From: Camelus dromedarius
Lineage: Eukaryota
DNA: 64,000 bases
Reading direction: 5' to 3'
Assembly: GCF_036321535.1 (NCBI RefSeq)
Contig: NC_087436.1
Span: 98,210,001-98,274,000, forward strand
The notes below the pieces were generated by a model, which worked only from the letters and a program-made list of their open reading frames with translations, made no database searches and was not told the origin of the DNA. Positions 37,900 to 52,324 of this stretch are shown piece after piece (positions within the stretch are counted from its first letter, which is position 1; every line of letters begins with the position of its first letter). The position numbers and the translations under genes are program-made.

Positions 37900-39235
37900 C
37901 TTAATCTTCCCTCTTTATCTAACATATCATATTTTTCTTCATAGCATTAAATGTTGTTTTAGTATACTATGAAACTTGCATATTTCTTACATTGGTACAC
38001 TGTGTTGAATTTGCAAATCCCCTGTTGCTAAGCATTTGTGTTGTTTCCAATTTTTCAATGTTGTAAAATATAATGAAACATAAGCATGACTATGCTTGGC
38101 TCTGCACATCTCCAGGATATTTTTAAACTTTCACTAACTTAGAATACACATAGGGAAAACTTCATAGATCATGAAGTGTAGATCAATTAATTATCACATA
38201 GTGAACACACTTGGGGATCTACTATCTAAATCAAGAAATTAAATGTTATTAGCCATCAAGAATCCCTACATAGGTATATTCCAATTTATGTATTACTCCC
38301 TTTCCTCTCAGAAAGATAACCTCTGTTTTGGTTTTCAACTCTGTGGCAGAATTTTGCCATTTTTTACCTTAGTATAAATGGAATTTTATACCATAATTAG
38401 TTTATACCTTGCTTCTATTGCTTAATAATACATTTGGAAATTTATTCTTGTACATGTGGCCATAGTTAATCCATCCACATTGTACATGTGGCTAGATATT
38501 CTTCTATTATAGGATTTGTTAAATGGACTTCCAGATTCATTTTACTGGGTATTTGGATCATTTCAGTTTGGAGCTATTTTGAATAATACTGCTTTAAACA
38601 CTCTTATGTGTATCTTTAGGGTCATGTATGTACAAAATTTTGTTGTGTATGTACCTAGGAAAGAATCAGTAGGTTTTATAATTTGCATACCCTCAACTTC
38701 AATAAGTAAGGACAAACATTTTCTCAAAATGTCTGTACCAGTTTACACCCCATCATTAAGTGTATGAAATTGTTAATTGTTCCATAAACTCAACAGCAGT
38801 TAACACTACTAGACTTTTTAATTTTAGTCATTCTGATTAATAAATATTAATATTTCATTTTGGTTTAATTTTCTTTTCTTTATTGACATTGAGCACCTTT
38901 TTCTACATAGCTGGTCTTTTGTAAATCTTCATTTGTGACACCTTCTTGTCTTTTACACGTTTTTTCCAGTGGGTTATTTGAAAATAAATTATCTCAGTTC
39001 TTGGCTTGCCTTTACACTCACTTAATGGTACTTTTGGTGGGGAGAAGCTCCTAATATCACAGATATGCCAGTTAGTGATCTTGTTAATGATACATGCTTT
39101 CTGATCCTGTTGGGAAAATCTTTGCCTACTTATGGTAGTGGGTATAGACTCCCACATTACTTTCTGGAAGCCATTCTATTTTACCTTTAACATTTAGACC
39201 TACGATTAACATGAAATTGATTTTTGGAATTATAA
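37900..39235 (-). mobile_element. Old L1ME-like fragments
   Basis: tttcagtttggagctattttgaataatactgct, gtatgtacctagga, tttaacatttagacctacgattaacatgaaattgattttt. Confidence 0.75.
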
Positions 39236-41974
39236 TGCAGTGGCACAGAAGATTTTCGAGTACAGATTAGTCTGTACCATCTGTTTCAGATTAACAAAGT
39301 CCTCAGAGGAAAACAGCACTGGATTGTGTCCTCTCGATGATCTCATCCCAGCAGTTGTATTTACATTGTTAGCTTTTGAAGTACTTTTGAAAATATGTCT
39401 TATATTTACCATAACATAATTTTTTTCAGGAACATTAGGTCCAAATTACCATTGTGCTATTTCTAGGAGTAAATTCTTGGGTTTTCATTTGTTTTTAGTC
39501 CTTTTTTTCTTTATTGCCTTTGAGTTTATTCGATGTTTTTAAGCCTTTAATTTATTGCTTTCTTATCAAAGCAATTTTCCAGAGTTTTTTGTTTTGTTTT
39601 GTTTTGTTTTTTCTCTTTTCATGATGGCCTCTTCTGATCTCAGGGGTTAATAGACTCTTGACTTTTGTTGAAAATATAAATTAGAGAGAAAAAAATTCCT
39701 AAATGCTTTGGTTCTGTTACGATTTTGTTTTAATTGCTGTGAGTACTCTCATTGAAGTTTCTTCTCTGATTCTGTATATTGAGCCCTATTTAAAATAATA
39801 TCAAGAATCTAGATTTTTTGTTTTGTTATTCTTGCAAAGGAAGTGATATATTTACTCAATGCTCAGAATTTTTGCATGTTCTGTAAGACATGATGACCAT
39901 CTCCACTTAATTGTCTTCTCCTAATGTAAAGGAAGTGCATACATTTCAAAAGCTAGAATGATAAAGCGTGTTGGGAATAGATTGACATAGACATCCCATG
40001 AAAGTAACCTTGACAGTGAGTAGTATCTCAGGCCAAAGACTTATTTTCTATTTACTGGAACAGGTCCTTCTTTTTATGTCTTGCAGAAATACTATCATTA
40101 GAAGCCAGGTGTGAGAACATTTCTATTTTCTTCCTTCCCTCAATGCTATGTAGTTCAGAAGGGAATGGATGAACAGTTCCCCAATTTCTTCAACACTCCA
40201 TCACCTTGTTTATTTTTTAATGCACAAACATAATTAAGAGTAATTCACCTTCAAAAGTAATCCACTTTCCCAAAGCAACCTTTATTTCCTGTCCCTGGAG
40301 TTCTGAGCTTAAGGGAATTTATTAGATTTTCCTGGTTACATATTTCTCTTCTTTCTCCATGTTTTTACTTCTTAATCAACAAATTATAATCATTCCTCTT
40401 TTCCTTGAGACTGCTTTAACACATCACCTTGTAGAAATGCCTTGAGATTTCTCACATGTGAATGTCTTCATTTCTGAGTTTCCACGACAAATGCAGATTT
40501 TTCTTGCATCATTTGTTAATTTGTATATGTAGGTTTAATCCATCACAACTTAAAAGTTAAACCATTTATGAAATATGCCCCATCAGACTTACATATTCAT
40601 GAACTTATCTACTCACTAGTTTGAAATGTGTCTAGACTATGCAACATCATAAAAGGGTAGTGAAGTTTTTCCTCTGTTATCTTATATCATTGTTTTTTAA
40701 CACCTTATATCAAAACTCTTCTTTGTAGACTTTCTCTAGAAGTAGAGGTTTGAGCAATGCTACAGAGATGTGAAAATGCATACCGTTTATGCTGGAAAAT
40801 GGCTAACACAAATGGTATTTAAAGGAAAAAGGAATAGTTGAAACAGGATAGATAGAGGTATCAGAAAGGGGAAAGCTTGAAAAATGTGCAAAGGAATTGA
40901 GAGTACATGAAGAGAAAGATAATTGTTGAGGAATTTTGATCAGGGGAGAGAGTGACTTTTCTGTTTTCATTTTTTGTTAACTAACTCTGACTACAGTGTA
41001 GGGGGGAAAACTTGTATAATTTAATTTTTTAATTTAATTTTATTTTTGCTCCAAATAGAAGCCTTGAAGACCTGGAACTCTCTTATTCACTGTCCTAAAC
41101 TCAGCACCTAGCACAGTGTTTTTTATATCCTAAACACTCTTACATTATATACTGGGTGAAATAAATAAAAGAATGGGTTGATGAGGACAGTTAAGAGACA
41201 AGACAATTAGAATTATATTTCAGTCATAAAAGTTTAGGAGTCTGTTTTTTGGGAAATGAATGCGTGCAATATCACAAAGAATGGAAGCAAGAAGTCTAAT
41301 AGACATTTCAGAGGTAGAATTAGCATAAATACATGGCTAATTAGTAACTTCCTATTCATTACCTCATATGCTCAGGGTTGACATTCAGTTTTCTTGTCTG
41401 GATAAAATTAAGATAGTTATCTCCTTTTCTCTTTGTCTCCTCTGCTAATATTCTTAATTATTATGGAGTACTATCTGGATGTGGCCATTGATTAAATATG
41501 ATTATAAAAAGAAGTATATTTCCTGTGAAAGGAAATAATTGATCTTAAGAAGAATGTATCGAATTTGAATCAACTGCAACATATCTGTTTGGAAATTCCC
41601 TCTCAGGTGTTGAAAAGATGTGAAGGACACCTTTAAATTGAGGATTAATCTCCATTAGAGATGTTATCTGAAAGTGCAGGAACAGAAGAGATCACCAAGA
41701 GAGAAGGAGTAATTAGGGAAGACTGGAACTGGAGCGCAAGCATTTATTCATGTATCTATAAACTTTTTAATGTTACAACAATATTTCTAACACTGTATTA
41801 GTAGCTTAATATTCAAAGATGATTAAATCATAATTCTTTCCCTCAAAAACTTATACATGGTAAGGGAAACAAAGTCAAAAGAGTATAAAAAGATCTATTA
41901 AAGTTGTATTTCAAGTGTATTTTTTATGTTACAAAAATTTCTGTTTGGCAAATCCAAGAAATCTTTATATTAAA

Positions 41975-42210
41975 AAGGGCAAAATTTCTTTTGCTACAAA
42001 GTACCAGTTAGTAAATATTTTCAAGTTTCCAGACCATGTGTTGTCTGTTTTGAGATTTGACTGTGACATTTGACCAACATAGCATCAAAGCAGCCAGAAA
42101 CAGTTAGTAAAGGAATGGATGTTGCTATGTGTTCCAATAAAACTTTATTTAAAAAAAAAGACAGGAAATAAGATGGACTTAGCTGGGAAGCCATCATGTG
42201 CCAACCTCTA
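41975..42210. mobile_element. MER58A-like hAT-Charlie element
   Basis: ttagtaaatattttcaagtttcc...aaagcagccagaaaca...gtgttccaataaaactttattt...tgtgccaacctcta. Confidence 0.8.
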
Positions 42211-42549
42211 ATAGGACATAATGAGAGGGCTGCATCTTAAAGAATAAGTAGGAATTTCCTAAACATATACAGATAAGATCAGATATAGTATTCTTTTTTC
42301 CTCTATTCTAGTAAATTCCACTTAGTATATATATTGTTTATGCATTGTTCTATCTTGAACGAAAACATATTCTGTATCTTATAACACAGACTAGATGTGC
42401 AATAAATGTGTCAAAGAAAATGTATTTCTCATGATAGATGCTCAATAAATATTTGTTAAATGATTAAATATTTTCTCATTGAGGCTGATATTTTCCCCTG
42501 GCAATCAGTAGTATTTGCAGAAGATTCCTAGTAGCTTACTTCTCAAAAA

Positions 42550-42693
42550 TTTTTTGCTTGTACTGTTTGTTTTATGAAGGGGAGGTAATTAGGTTTATTC
42601 ATTGATTTCTGCTTGGAGGAGGTACTGGAGATTGAACCCAGGACCTCTTGTGTGCTGAGCATGTGCTCTACCACTTGAGCTATACCCTTCCCC
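42550..42693 (-). mobile_element. Vic-1-type camelid tRNA-derived SINE
   Basis: Minus strand reads GGGGAAGGGTATAGCTCAAGTGGTAGAGCACATGCTCAGCACACAAGAGGTCCTGGGTTCAATCTCCAGTACCTCC (A and B boxes), then an A-rich tail. TSD tacttctcaaaaatttt (42537) / tactcctcaaaatttt (42694). Confidence 0.88.
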
Positions 42694-42825
42694 TACTCCT
42701 CAAAATTTTAATCAAGAATAGGCATTGAATTTTATCAAATACCTCTTCTACCTCTATTGAGAAGGTATTAAAAATTATGATATAAACCATTCTTTCATTC
42801 TTTAAATTAGTTCATCTTAATCATG

Positions 42826-43352
42826 TGTGGGGTTAATTCTATTAATGGCTCTATTCCAATCAAAAAGTTGGAGTCCATGTCCTACAACTTGAGTGTGAGA
42901 GGCTTGTAACTGCTTTGACCAATAAAGAATAGCAGGAATTCCACTGTGAGATTTCCAAGACTAGGTCATAAAAGTCCAGGTAACTTCTGCTTTGGCTGTG
43001 GGGAGCTTACTTTTTTGAACCCCTGAATTACAGTCTGAGAGGTTCAAACGCACTAAGATGACTCTGGGAGAAGCCATATAGAGGTGCTCCAATGGATGGT
43101 TTCAGCAGTGCAGAAACTGACTGCATCAGCATCCAGTCAAGTAAGTCATCTTGCATGACCAGCCCCTTTGGGATTTCAGGTGACAGCAGCCTCAGGTGAC
43201 ACTCAACTTTAACCATATGAGACTGAAGAGAGAACTTCCTAGCCAAGCTTTCTCCGAGATTCTGACCCATGAAATTAGGAACAAAATAAAGTTGATGCTT
43301 TAAGGCACTAAGTTTCGATATAATAAATTTTACAGCAATAGTAAGTATGAGA
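42826..43352 (+). mobile_element. MaLR LTR (MLT1F/G/H-like)
   Basis: ggcttgtaactgctttgaccaataaagaatagcagg ... tgctttaaggcactaagttt...cagcaatagtaa. Confidence 0.8.
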
Positions 43353-44279
43353 GTTGTATGTTATATTTTAATATACTACTGTATTTGGTCTGAGCCATTC
43401 AGGTAAATATCATGTATTTGTTTTTTCTGTTTTTTTCCAATTTTATTTTTGGAATCATGTATAAATAGTTACTGTCTTACATACTCTTAACATTTTAGTA
43501 TCTTAAAGTTTTGAAAGTACTTATAGTAAAACCAATGGACATGGACATTTCAAGGGAGTAGAGAGTAATTATAATGATAATATTAATTTATATGCTAGGC
43601 AACACACTAAAAATGTTACATGAACTGTTTTGTAATTCATGCATCAACAATAACAAAAAGCATTGTGCTATTATACCAATACTATACCAATATTTTAAAA
43701 GATGTGGCAACGGGGCATAAAATTTGGCCAGGATTACACAGTGTATACTAAAATCAGGAAAAAAAAATTTGATTTCAGTGACCATGACCTTAAATATTAC
43801 TAATTGAAATTAAATTTCTTTGTTTTTTAAAGTCATTGGTAGTCTAGTAAAGTATTTGTTGTTGTTGTTGTTAACTTTTCAATGCCTATTTGTTGCACAT
43901 ACAGCTTTTCCTAGTATATCACTATTTCATTTATATTTAAAATTTGTTTACAGATACATACTCATTTCCTTTAGAATAACACTCATTTAAAGAAAATTTC
44001 TCTACTTTTGCTTCACTGAACTTGATAGATATTTGTATGTTCTATCATTATTTTTTAAGTGGACCACTGTATTATTGTAATATATGTATATAGTTTGATT
44101 TCCTACTCTCTTAAATAGAATTTTGTATTTTCTCTCTCTTCAAACTTCTAACTCATCTACCCTACTGTCATTCTCTGCTGAAGAGCTTGATTCTTAATTC
44201 ATTACTTCTAGGATTGTATTTGGCTAAGCATCAAACTACTATACATTCTGTTCTTTTGTATGGTTGGACAATACATGGG

Positions 44280-44703
44280 CCTAAGGAAACCTTTCTGTTC
44301 ATGGGCTAAAACCCAAATCCTCTCACGAGGCTATTATCTCCATGTCTTTTCTGTTACATTTAAAAAAAAAAAAAAAAGCCTCCTCCTTACTCTTTAATTG
44401 TTCATTTCAGCATGCAATCATGTTATTTCTTCCATAGTAAAAGCAAACAAAAACAAAACTATTTTTATCCCACTTCCCCTTTTCCTATCCTTTATTTTTC
44501 TTCTTCCGCCTATAACAAAACTCCTTGAAAGAACAGTTTGTATTGCTGTCTCAAATTTCTCTCCTTTCCTTCTTTTTAAAACCTATTTCAATCAAACTTT
44601 CACCCCACCTGCCCTAGTAAAAGTCAAAAATCACGTGCACTGTGTTAAATATAAAAGTCAATCCTCTCAGTCCTCATCTTTATTAACCTATTGGTAGGCA
44701 TAC

Positions 44704-44734
<31 letters not shown>

Positions 44735-45975
44735 AAAAAGCAAAACACTCTCCCTTCTTTGAAACACTTTCTTTATGGCCCCAGGATACCACATACTTCT
44801 AGTTTTCCTCTTTTATCTCGAGTTCTTTACTACTTGTGCTTTGCCGGACAGTTTTGATCTTTCCAACCTCTAAACTTTAGAATCCTGCAGGAATGAATTA
44901 CTTTCCTATTTTATAGCTGAACTAATATCCTTGTATATTTCACTTAGTCTTAGTGTTTTAAATCTCATCTAAGCCCTGATGGCTCTAAAATTTATATCTC
45001 TGTTCCAATTCCTTTAACTCCTAACTTGTATATCTAACAGTGAACTAAAAATATCTGACTAAATATCTAATTGGAATATTCAGCTCATCATGAGTTGAAC
45101 ATGAACCCCAAGTATAAGCCCTATTTGTTTCTCTAAGAGCCTTTCCTGTTGCCATAAATGGTAACTTCATTCTTCCACTTACTTGAGCCAAAAACCTTAG
45201 AGTCATTCTTTAATTCTTTTTCAGAACCAATTCAATTTGTCAAGAAATGTCATTAAATGTACCTTCAAAATATAAAGAAAATAGCAATTTCATCCAGTTC
45301 AAAGCCATCATATTTTGCCTAGAATGTTGTAATAGCTTCCTAACTATTCTCTCTGCTACTGTCCTGGGTCACCTGTAGTTTATTTTCAACCATTAACCAG
45401 AAAAGAAATGTTAAAATATTAATGATAAGTCACATCCTGTCATTCATCAGTTCATAATCCTCGTTCATGTAACAGCCAGTCTTAACAGTGACTTTTTAGG
45501 ATATATATGATCTGAATCCCTCCTTCTTTACCCCAAGATATTTTCTTACATCATCCTCTACAACATTACTTATCTTGTTCTTTATGCTTCAACCATACTG
45601 GCCTTGTCATTGTATCTTGAACTATCTCAGTAGTTTAATAGCTGCTCTTCCTTCTGCCTGAAATGTATTTTCTCTCAGAACATTGTTCCCACCCTTTCTT
45701 CATTATTTAGTCAAGCATTCTATTTTCAGGGAATTTTTCATGTCTTCACTAAGTTTGCAATTTTTCCTGGCCCTCTCCAATATTTTCTATGCATTCTCTG
45801 CTTTGTTTTTCTACATAGAATATGTAAAGTATTTTATTTATCTTTATGTTTGTTTCTCCCTTACAAGTTAATGAGGATATAGTTTTTTTATATATATTTT
45901 AAGTACTGCATTTTCCTCATAGCTTGAAAATTTTTTCTCAGCATGGTGATCAGTCAATAGTTCTTGAATACCAAG
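44280..45975 (+). mobile_element. L2 element (long 3' portion), with a long poly(A) tract at ~44704-44732
   Basis: caaaactccttgaaagaacagtttgta, tttgaaacactttc...ccaggataccaca, aaatggtaacttcattcttccacttacttgagccaaaaaccttagagtcattctt. Confidence 0.85.
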
Positions 45976-46514
45976 TATGGAATGAGTATGCCAAATATTT
46001 CCATGTATTACATTAAATATTTTTTATGAGTCATGAACACTTGCTGTAAATTTCACTGATTTCTTCAAGTTTTGTTTTATTTTAGATTGTCCTCTTTCTA
46101 ATATTTATTCATTTAATATTTATTTTATTGCATTACTTATGATTTTATTTAAAAATAATATTACTGGTGAATGTTTTGAGTTTTTGGATGTTCAAAGATA
46201 CTTTTATCTTTCTTTGATTTTTGAAGGAATATAGAATTGTATATTAGAAATCTTTTTTTTTTTCTCAGCATTTACATTTAAATTACAAAAGTAAAATATA
46301 TTTATGACTGGGTGGTGGAATTAGCTGAACTTTGCTTTCAGGTTTCTGTTGAGCCTGTGTTTTTGTTCTATCAACTTCTTGTCCCTCTAGAAGCCACAGT
46401 TCACCAGATCACTACCTCATATTTCTCTACAGTAAAAATGCCCCTTCTGAAAGGTCTGGATATAGATCTTGGGTTCATTTTAGAGGTTACCATTCTTAAA
46501 TTTAGTTTGATGGG

Positions 46515-46518
<4 letters not shown>

Positions 46519-46558
<40 letters not shown>
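46519..46558 (+). repeat. (AC)20 microsatellite
   Basis: Read directly. Confidence 0.98.
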
Positions 46559-46564
<6 letters not shown>

Positions 46565-46957
46565 AAATTAGAGTTCTGTAACTGTTTTCAGTATTTTAAT
46601 TAATTTTCCTTATCTTCCACTTTCCTTTAGGCCAGCTCCACTTCCTATACCTGAGGGATGTTTGTCTAGGTGTTATTAGGAAAAGTCTCTGATTAGGTGA
46701 CCTCTGTTTGGCTTAAATGGTGTTTCAGAATTTGTAATTGCTGAGATTCATGATAATCCTGTCCCTAGCATATTTTATATTTTACAGAAATTTATCAATG
46801 TCTCTGTCCATTGTTTAAACACTATCTAACTTTGTGCGACAGTTGACTATTTTTATATTTATGTATTTTTCTTTAATTTCACTTTAATTTGCAGAATGAA
46901 AATAAACTTGGTCTTGAGTGCAATGACATGTTTAAGTCTACCTTTTGCTTACATAAT

Positions 46958-47120
46958 TTTTACAGCTTTATTGAGATATAATTGATACACAAAAAAACTG
47001 TACATATTTGTTAAGTACAATATGACAACTTTGAATGTATATATATATCTGTAATACCATCACCACAACCAAGGTAAGAAATATATCCATTGCCTCCAAA
47101 TGTTTCCTCATGTCTTTCTG
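46958..47120 (-). mobile_element. L1MC-like 3' end fragment
   Basis: acagctttattgagatataattgatacac...ccatcaccacaaccaaggtaagaaatatatcc. Confidence 0.8.
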
Positions 47121-47442
47121 TCTTTGCTTCTTTGCTTGTTTGTTTCTTTGCTTGTTTGCTTATTAGAAAGTGCACGTTGTCAGCTGTCAAGAGGTTGTAT
47201 TTTAAGGGTCTAGACAACAAGCAGGAAGACTGAAAAAAGAAGTTATTAGAGTTGTCCTGATGAAAGTTAAAGAGGGACTTAATGAGGGCAGTAGCAATGA
47301 GATTAAAATTATAATCTACTCTCTGGATAATTTTCTTTTATTTTTAATTTCTCCTTTAGTTACTTTTATTGCATATTACCCTTAAAATTCAAGAGGAATA
47401 TAATTAAACATTAGCCTTTCTCACAAACTTCTAGTTCCCTAC

Positions 47443-47818
47443 TGTGTTATCTAGTATGATATAGTATCACAAAATACTGTAGACTAGGTAGCTTAAACAA
47501 CGGGAACTCATTTCTCACAATTCAGGAGGCTGGGAAGTCCAAGATTAAGGTACAAGCAATATACGTTTCATTCTGAAGCTTCTTCCTTGGGTTTCTAGGT
47601 ATCTGCCATCTTGATGTGTGATCACAGGGCCTCTTTGTCAACGTGAAGAAAAAAATCTCTCTCTTCCTCTTCTAATAAAACCACCAGTTCTATCAGATTA
47701 GGACCTCATCTTCAAGACCTCCTTTAATTTATTTTTAAAAATCCTGTCTCCATCTACTGTCACATTGGTTAGGCCTTCCACAAATGAATTTAGGGAGGAT
47801 GCAATTTAGTCCATAGTA
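47443..47818 (-). mobile_element. MaLR LTR (MLT1A-like)
   Basis: caaaatactgtagactaggtagcttaaacaac...ttctcacaattcaggaggctgggaagtccaagat. Confidence 0.85.
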
Positions 47819-48269
47819 CCTACCTTATTTTATTTTATCCTACTCAATAGATTTAACTCCATATGTGTTATTGCTACCACTATTTTATACCAGCAATACC
47901 TAGCTTTTTTTCACTCCCATAATACCTACAATACCAATAATACCTAGTCTTTTTTTTTCACTCCAGTATCAGATCTCCCTACCAAATTTTGGCCTATACT
48001 CCAAGTCTCCACTATACTGGATATATACCACATTACAAAATACAGAAAAATATTACACAGATAAAGATGCCCTTATAAGGCATTGTATTCAGGGATTCCA
48101 ACCCTTTATTAAATCATCCATACAATTCTAGGTTTTCCTAGGATTGATAAGCAAGATAATATTTTCCCAAAATAAGCCCATATCTGAATTCCTTTTCATG
48201 AAAAAGGAAAGATAATTTTGCGAGCAGAGCCTCAGGACCAGATGGTGGAGTTATGAATAGGGTAACACA

Positions 48270-49112
48270 TAGATCTTGAAATCCGGTGCTGTGCTGGCTG
48301 CATTTTGGAATTGATCCATTCTTTCCCTTCCATTGTCTCTCTCCTTTATTAAATAGAAAATATCTACAACAGGGATCCTATGATTGTCCCACCCATTGTA
48401 TTTTGGGAGTAGATAACTAGTTTTCTTGTTTCATGTAAGGTCTACACGTGGGGAAGATATTTGCCCCAGTATGAACCATACCGAGTCTCACCCATAAATG
48501 ATTTTGATAATGTAGACAATGAGATTTGGTTATTTTGAACTGATACTCTGATACTTTGGAAATATTAAGATTGAGTGAATGCATTTTGTGCATGGACATG
48601 GGTTTTTGGAGACCAGATGATGGACTATGATAGGTAGAATCATGAACAACTGCCCCACCTTCAAACATGTCCATATCTTAATCTGTAGAACCTAGGAATA
48701 TATTAACTTACATGACTAAAGGGACTATTCAGATCTTTAATTAAAGATTTTGAGATGGAAAAACTATCCAGGATTATCCGGGGTGGCTCAGTATAATCAC
48801 AAGGGCCCTAAATGAAGGAAGAAGGAAGGCAGAAGTCAAAAGACGGTGTGATTATGGAAGCACCCATGAATGATGTGATTGTGAGAAGGAGAATACAGCC
48901 AGAAAAGCGAGTTGTCTCCAGACACTGGAAAAGGCAAATAAATTTATTCTCCCTTGAAGCCTCCGGAAGGAATGCAGCTCAGTCAACATATTTAGCCTAA
49001 AGTGATGTGTTTTGGACTTCTGACTTTCAGAACTGTAAGGTATTAAATTTATGCTCTTTTGAACTACAAAGTTTGTGGTAATTTGATAAAGCATTATTAA
49101 TAAACTAATGCA
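48270..49112 (+). mobile_element. MLT1 internal 3' end joined to an MLT1D-like 3' LTR (LTR from ~48627)
   Basis: cattgtattttgggagtagataactag...ggagaccagatgatggac | tatgataggtagaatcatg...tttgagatggaaaaactatccaggattatccggggtgg...aaactaatgca. Confidence 0.8.
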
Positions 49113-50252
49113 ATAGGTAAATGTCTAACCCTTTCATCAAAAGGTGTCTTTAAACCACCTCCCTTTTCTTCAAACATCTCACCTTGTCACCTCCTTATTC
49201 TCAGCACAAACTTTATCTCCTACTTTACAAATAAGATTATTTTTCAGAAAATCCAGTATGCTTCAAGTAACCCTGTCTTCATACACAATTTTTATATACA
49301 AGGCTTATATGCATGTTATTAATGAAAATGAAGTAAACTACCCTCATTAGAGAGTTAATATAGATGTAGAATCAATGCAAGTCAATAGAAATACTGTAAG
49401 AGAGTCAGTCTTGAGCCAACATGAACTGAAGGATGTTAGTAGTGCTAACACACAAACACACACATAATTCGGTAGGAAAAGCAAGTTTTAGGATTAAGAT
49501 GATAACAACTTTTGGACACACTTCATAACTGTTATGCTTGACTATTATATTTACAATCATGAAACATTGTGGGGGAGGTTAAGTCAGGGTTAAGAGTAAT
49601 CTAGTCCAACTAATTTTTATTTTCATGTTAAACATGAACTATGAAAATTAAAAGACTTGATTCCAGATCAATATTCATGTAAATTGTAAATCCAGGGCCG
49701 AATTTTAAGTCATCTCACAATATTTCATTTTGCTTAGATTCTATTGCCTTTCTTATGTTTTTCTTTCTATTTAGAATACTTTTTTTTACCCCTGAACTGT
49801 CTCTAAGAATCCCATCAAAATGATGTGTTAACCTCATTAGCTACTTTAACTTCTCTTCAGAAATGATATTTTATACTTTGTATTGTCAGGGCCTATCGTT
49901 AGAAAAATTCTTATGCGTTAAGTTCATTGGGAAATTATATTATTTACTCCTTATATAAGAGATTTTTGTCACTGCAGTTTAAAAAGTCAGATAACCTATC
50001 ATTACTCAACACACACTGCCAACAATGATGGTCATAACCTTTGTTCCTTTTCAACAAACTATAATTTTGTATTATTATGTTATACTCTATCTATTGTTTA
50101 ATTTGAGCCTTTAAATATCAATAGTCAATGGAATATACATCTCACACTATAAAATAATAACCATACAATTATTACAGTCTTTAGACTATTAGCTTGAATT
50201 GTCTCTTTGTGTTGTCTCAAATGCCAATAATGCATAAGTATCTATAACTCTA

Positions 50253-50655
50253 TTTTTTTAACATTTTTTTAATTGAGTTTTAGTCATTTTACAATGTGTC
50301 AAATTCCAGTGTAGAGCACAATTTTTCAGTTATACCTGAACGTACATATATTCATTGTCACATTTTTTTTCACTGTGAGCTACCACAAGATCACGTATAT
50401 ATTTCCCTGTGCTATACAGTATAATCTTGTTAATCTATTCTGCACATGACTGTCAGTATCTACAAATTTTGAAATCCTAGTCTATCCCTTCCCACCTCCC
50501 ACCCGCTTGGCAACCACAAGTTTGTATTCTGTGTCTAAGTCTATTTTTTTTAATTGAAGTACAGTCAGTTATAATGCGTCAATTTCTGGTCTACAGCACA
50601 ATGTCCCAGTCATGCATATAATTACGTATATTCATTTTCATATTCTTTTCAGTAG
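50253..50655 (-). mobile_element. Two tandem young L1 3' ends (50253-50536 and 50544-50655)
   Basis: Two T-tails, each followed by aattga(g/a) L1 terminal sequence of different subfamilies. Confidence 0.85.
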
Positions 50656-52324
50656 AACTCTATATTTATGTTACGAAATTTGTGTTTATAATAATAGAAA
50701 ATTATAATAATAGAAAAAAATAGAAGCCCAGCTGCTTCCAAGAGACAGCTACATTATAGCTAAAAACTGTGTTATTAACTTTATTCTATCTTCCTGAAAT
50801 ATACACATATACATGATTATGAAAAATATTTTACTTTAAATTAGTAAAGAACTTATAGAATTAATCAAAATTAAATGGAATATATAATGCATCTGATTAT
50901 ATTTCCTGAGTGATCCCAATTTCACATATACTGTTATATATCTCCATAATCCATTAAAAATTCATAATATTTTCAAATCTTAATACCCCAGCTATGTATA
51001 CTATTATACTATTGCTGAATCCTTTGATGTCAAAGATACTTTTACATATTAGAAATCTTTTATTAGTATTCAATGCTCAAAAAAATATATCTAATTAAAC
51101 TATTGACAACTACTTTGCTTAAATCTTTATTTATTGATTATAAATTGATCAGTAAAATCAATATACTTGAATAATATAAATAGCAATCCAAATGGACTTT
51201 TCAGTCACTAGAAGACATAGATAATATGTGAACAGTTATTAAAGTGTTATTAGTGCTATTGAGTTAAAACTGTGTGCACAAATGCTTATAAAAAGTAAAT
51301 TTTTTTTTCTTATAATTTGCCTTATTGTAGTTGCAACTTTTATCGTCTGTAATGTTTAGGTAAATTTACTAGGTATCAGTTTTTTTTCTTTACTTTGTCT
51401 CCTTTGAAACCTGGACTTTGTGACATGGTCAAATCTCTTTGGGCTGATTCCCCTCATATAAAAAACTATCCTTGTTATAAAATAGAAACTTTAGATAGTT
51501 GTCTTACATATAGGTTGCAGATCTTTTTTAAATGTTGACTTTCCTATAATATAGGTATATATTTACTTTTGTTTATTTAGTGATATCTGGCATATAGTCT
51601 TGTCATGATTATATGTAGAACTGATTTATTAGCATCATTAAAATGTATATTTTTCTCATTTGTATTTGATAATAATTAGTAAGGGCTGTTATAATTAGAA
51701 GTTGTTTAATTTTCCATGATATGAATAATTATGTCTGCATATTAACTCTTATCTTTTAGAATATTTGCCTAATTTATCATTTAAAAACAGTGTATGCTCT
51801 TTTTCCAATTAGTTTTTTGTAACATCCACCAACATAATTCAGATGGTGGACTCCCCTTCCATCTTCAAATTTTATATGAGCCCATAAGTACTTATTATCC
51901 TTTAATAGTTTCTGATATTTGAAGGACTATTTTTAACACACACATTTTTGTTCACTCCTTTATGTTCCATAGATATTAACTAATGTTTACCTACACTTTT
52001 AGTGAGATACATACTTGAAAAAAACAGTAAATCTATAAATCAAATCTTCAACAAATTATTTTTCTAATTATTAAATAATTCACCATAAAATATAAATATT
52101 ATATGTGCTTTATAGCTTATTTCTTTATAATGCAAAGTAATCTTTACAGTGTCAATCATCAGAATGTACTAATGTCATTTTACAAGTTTACCTTATTATG
52201 ATAAATCTTTTTGATAATGTCGATGTAGTTATTATTTGCTTTAGATAAAATAGTTATAGCCTCGCTAGAGGGTGATGCCTTAACTGGCTTCTTTGTCATT
52301 TTGCAACTAATCATGTTGATATTG

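Noticed and set aside
40066..40116. Possible 22-24 nt micro-exon (ccttctttttatgtcttgcag...gtgtgag)
   Set aside because: Weak donor and no supporting context.
42620..42693. tRNA gene (A and B boxes, tRNA-Ala-like)
   Set aside because: It has a SINE tail and TSDs and a degenerate cloverleaf, so it is the head of a SINE.
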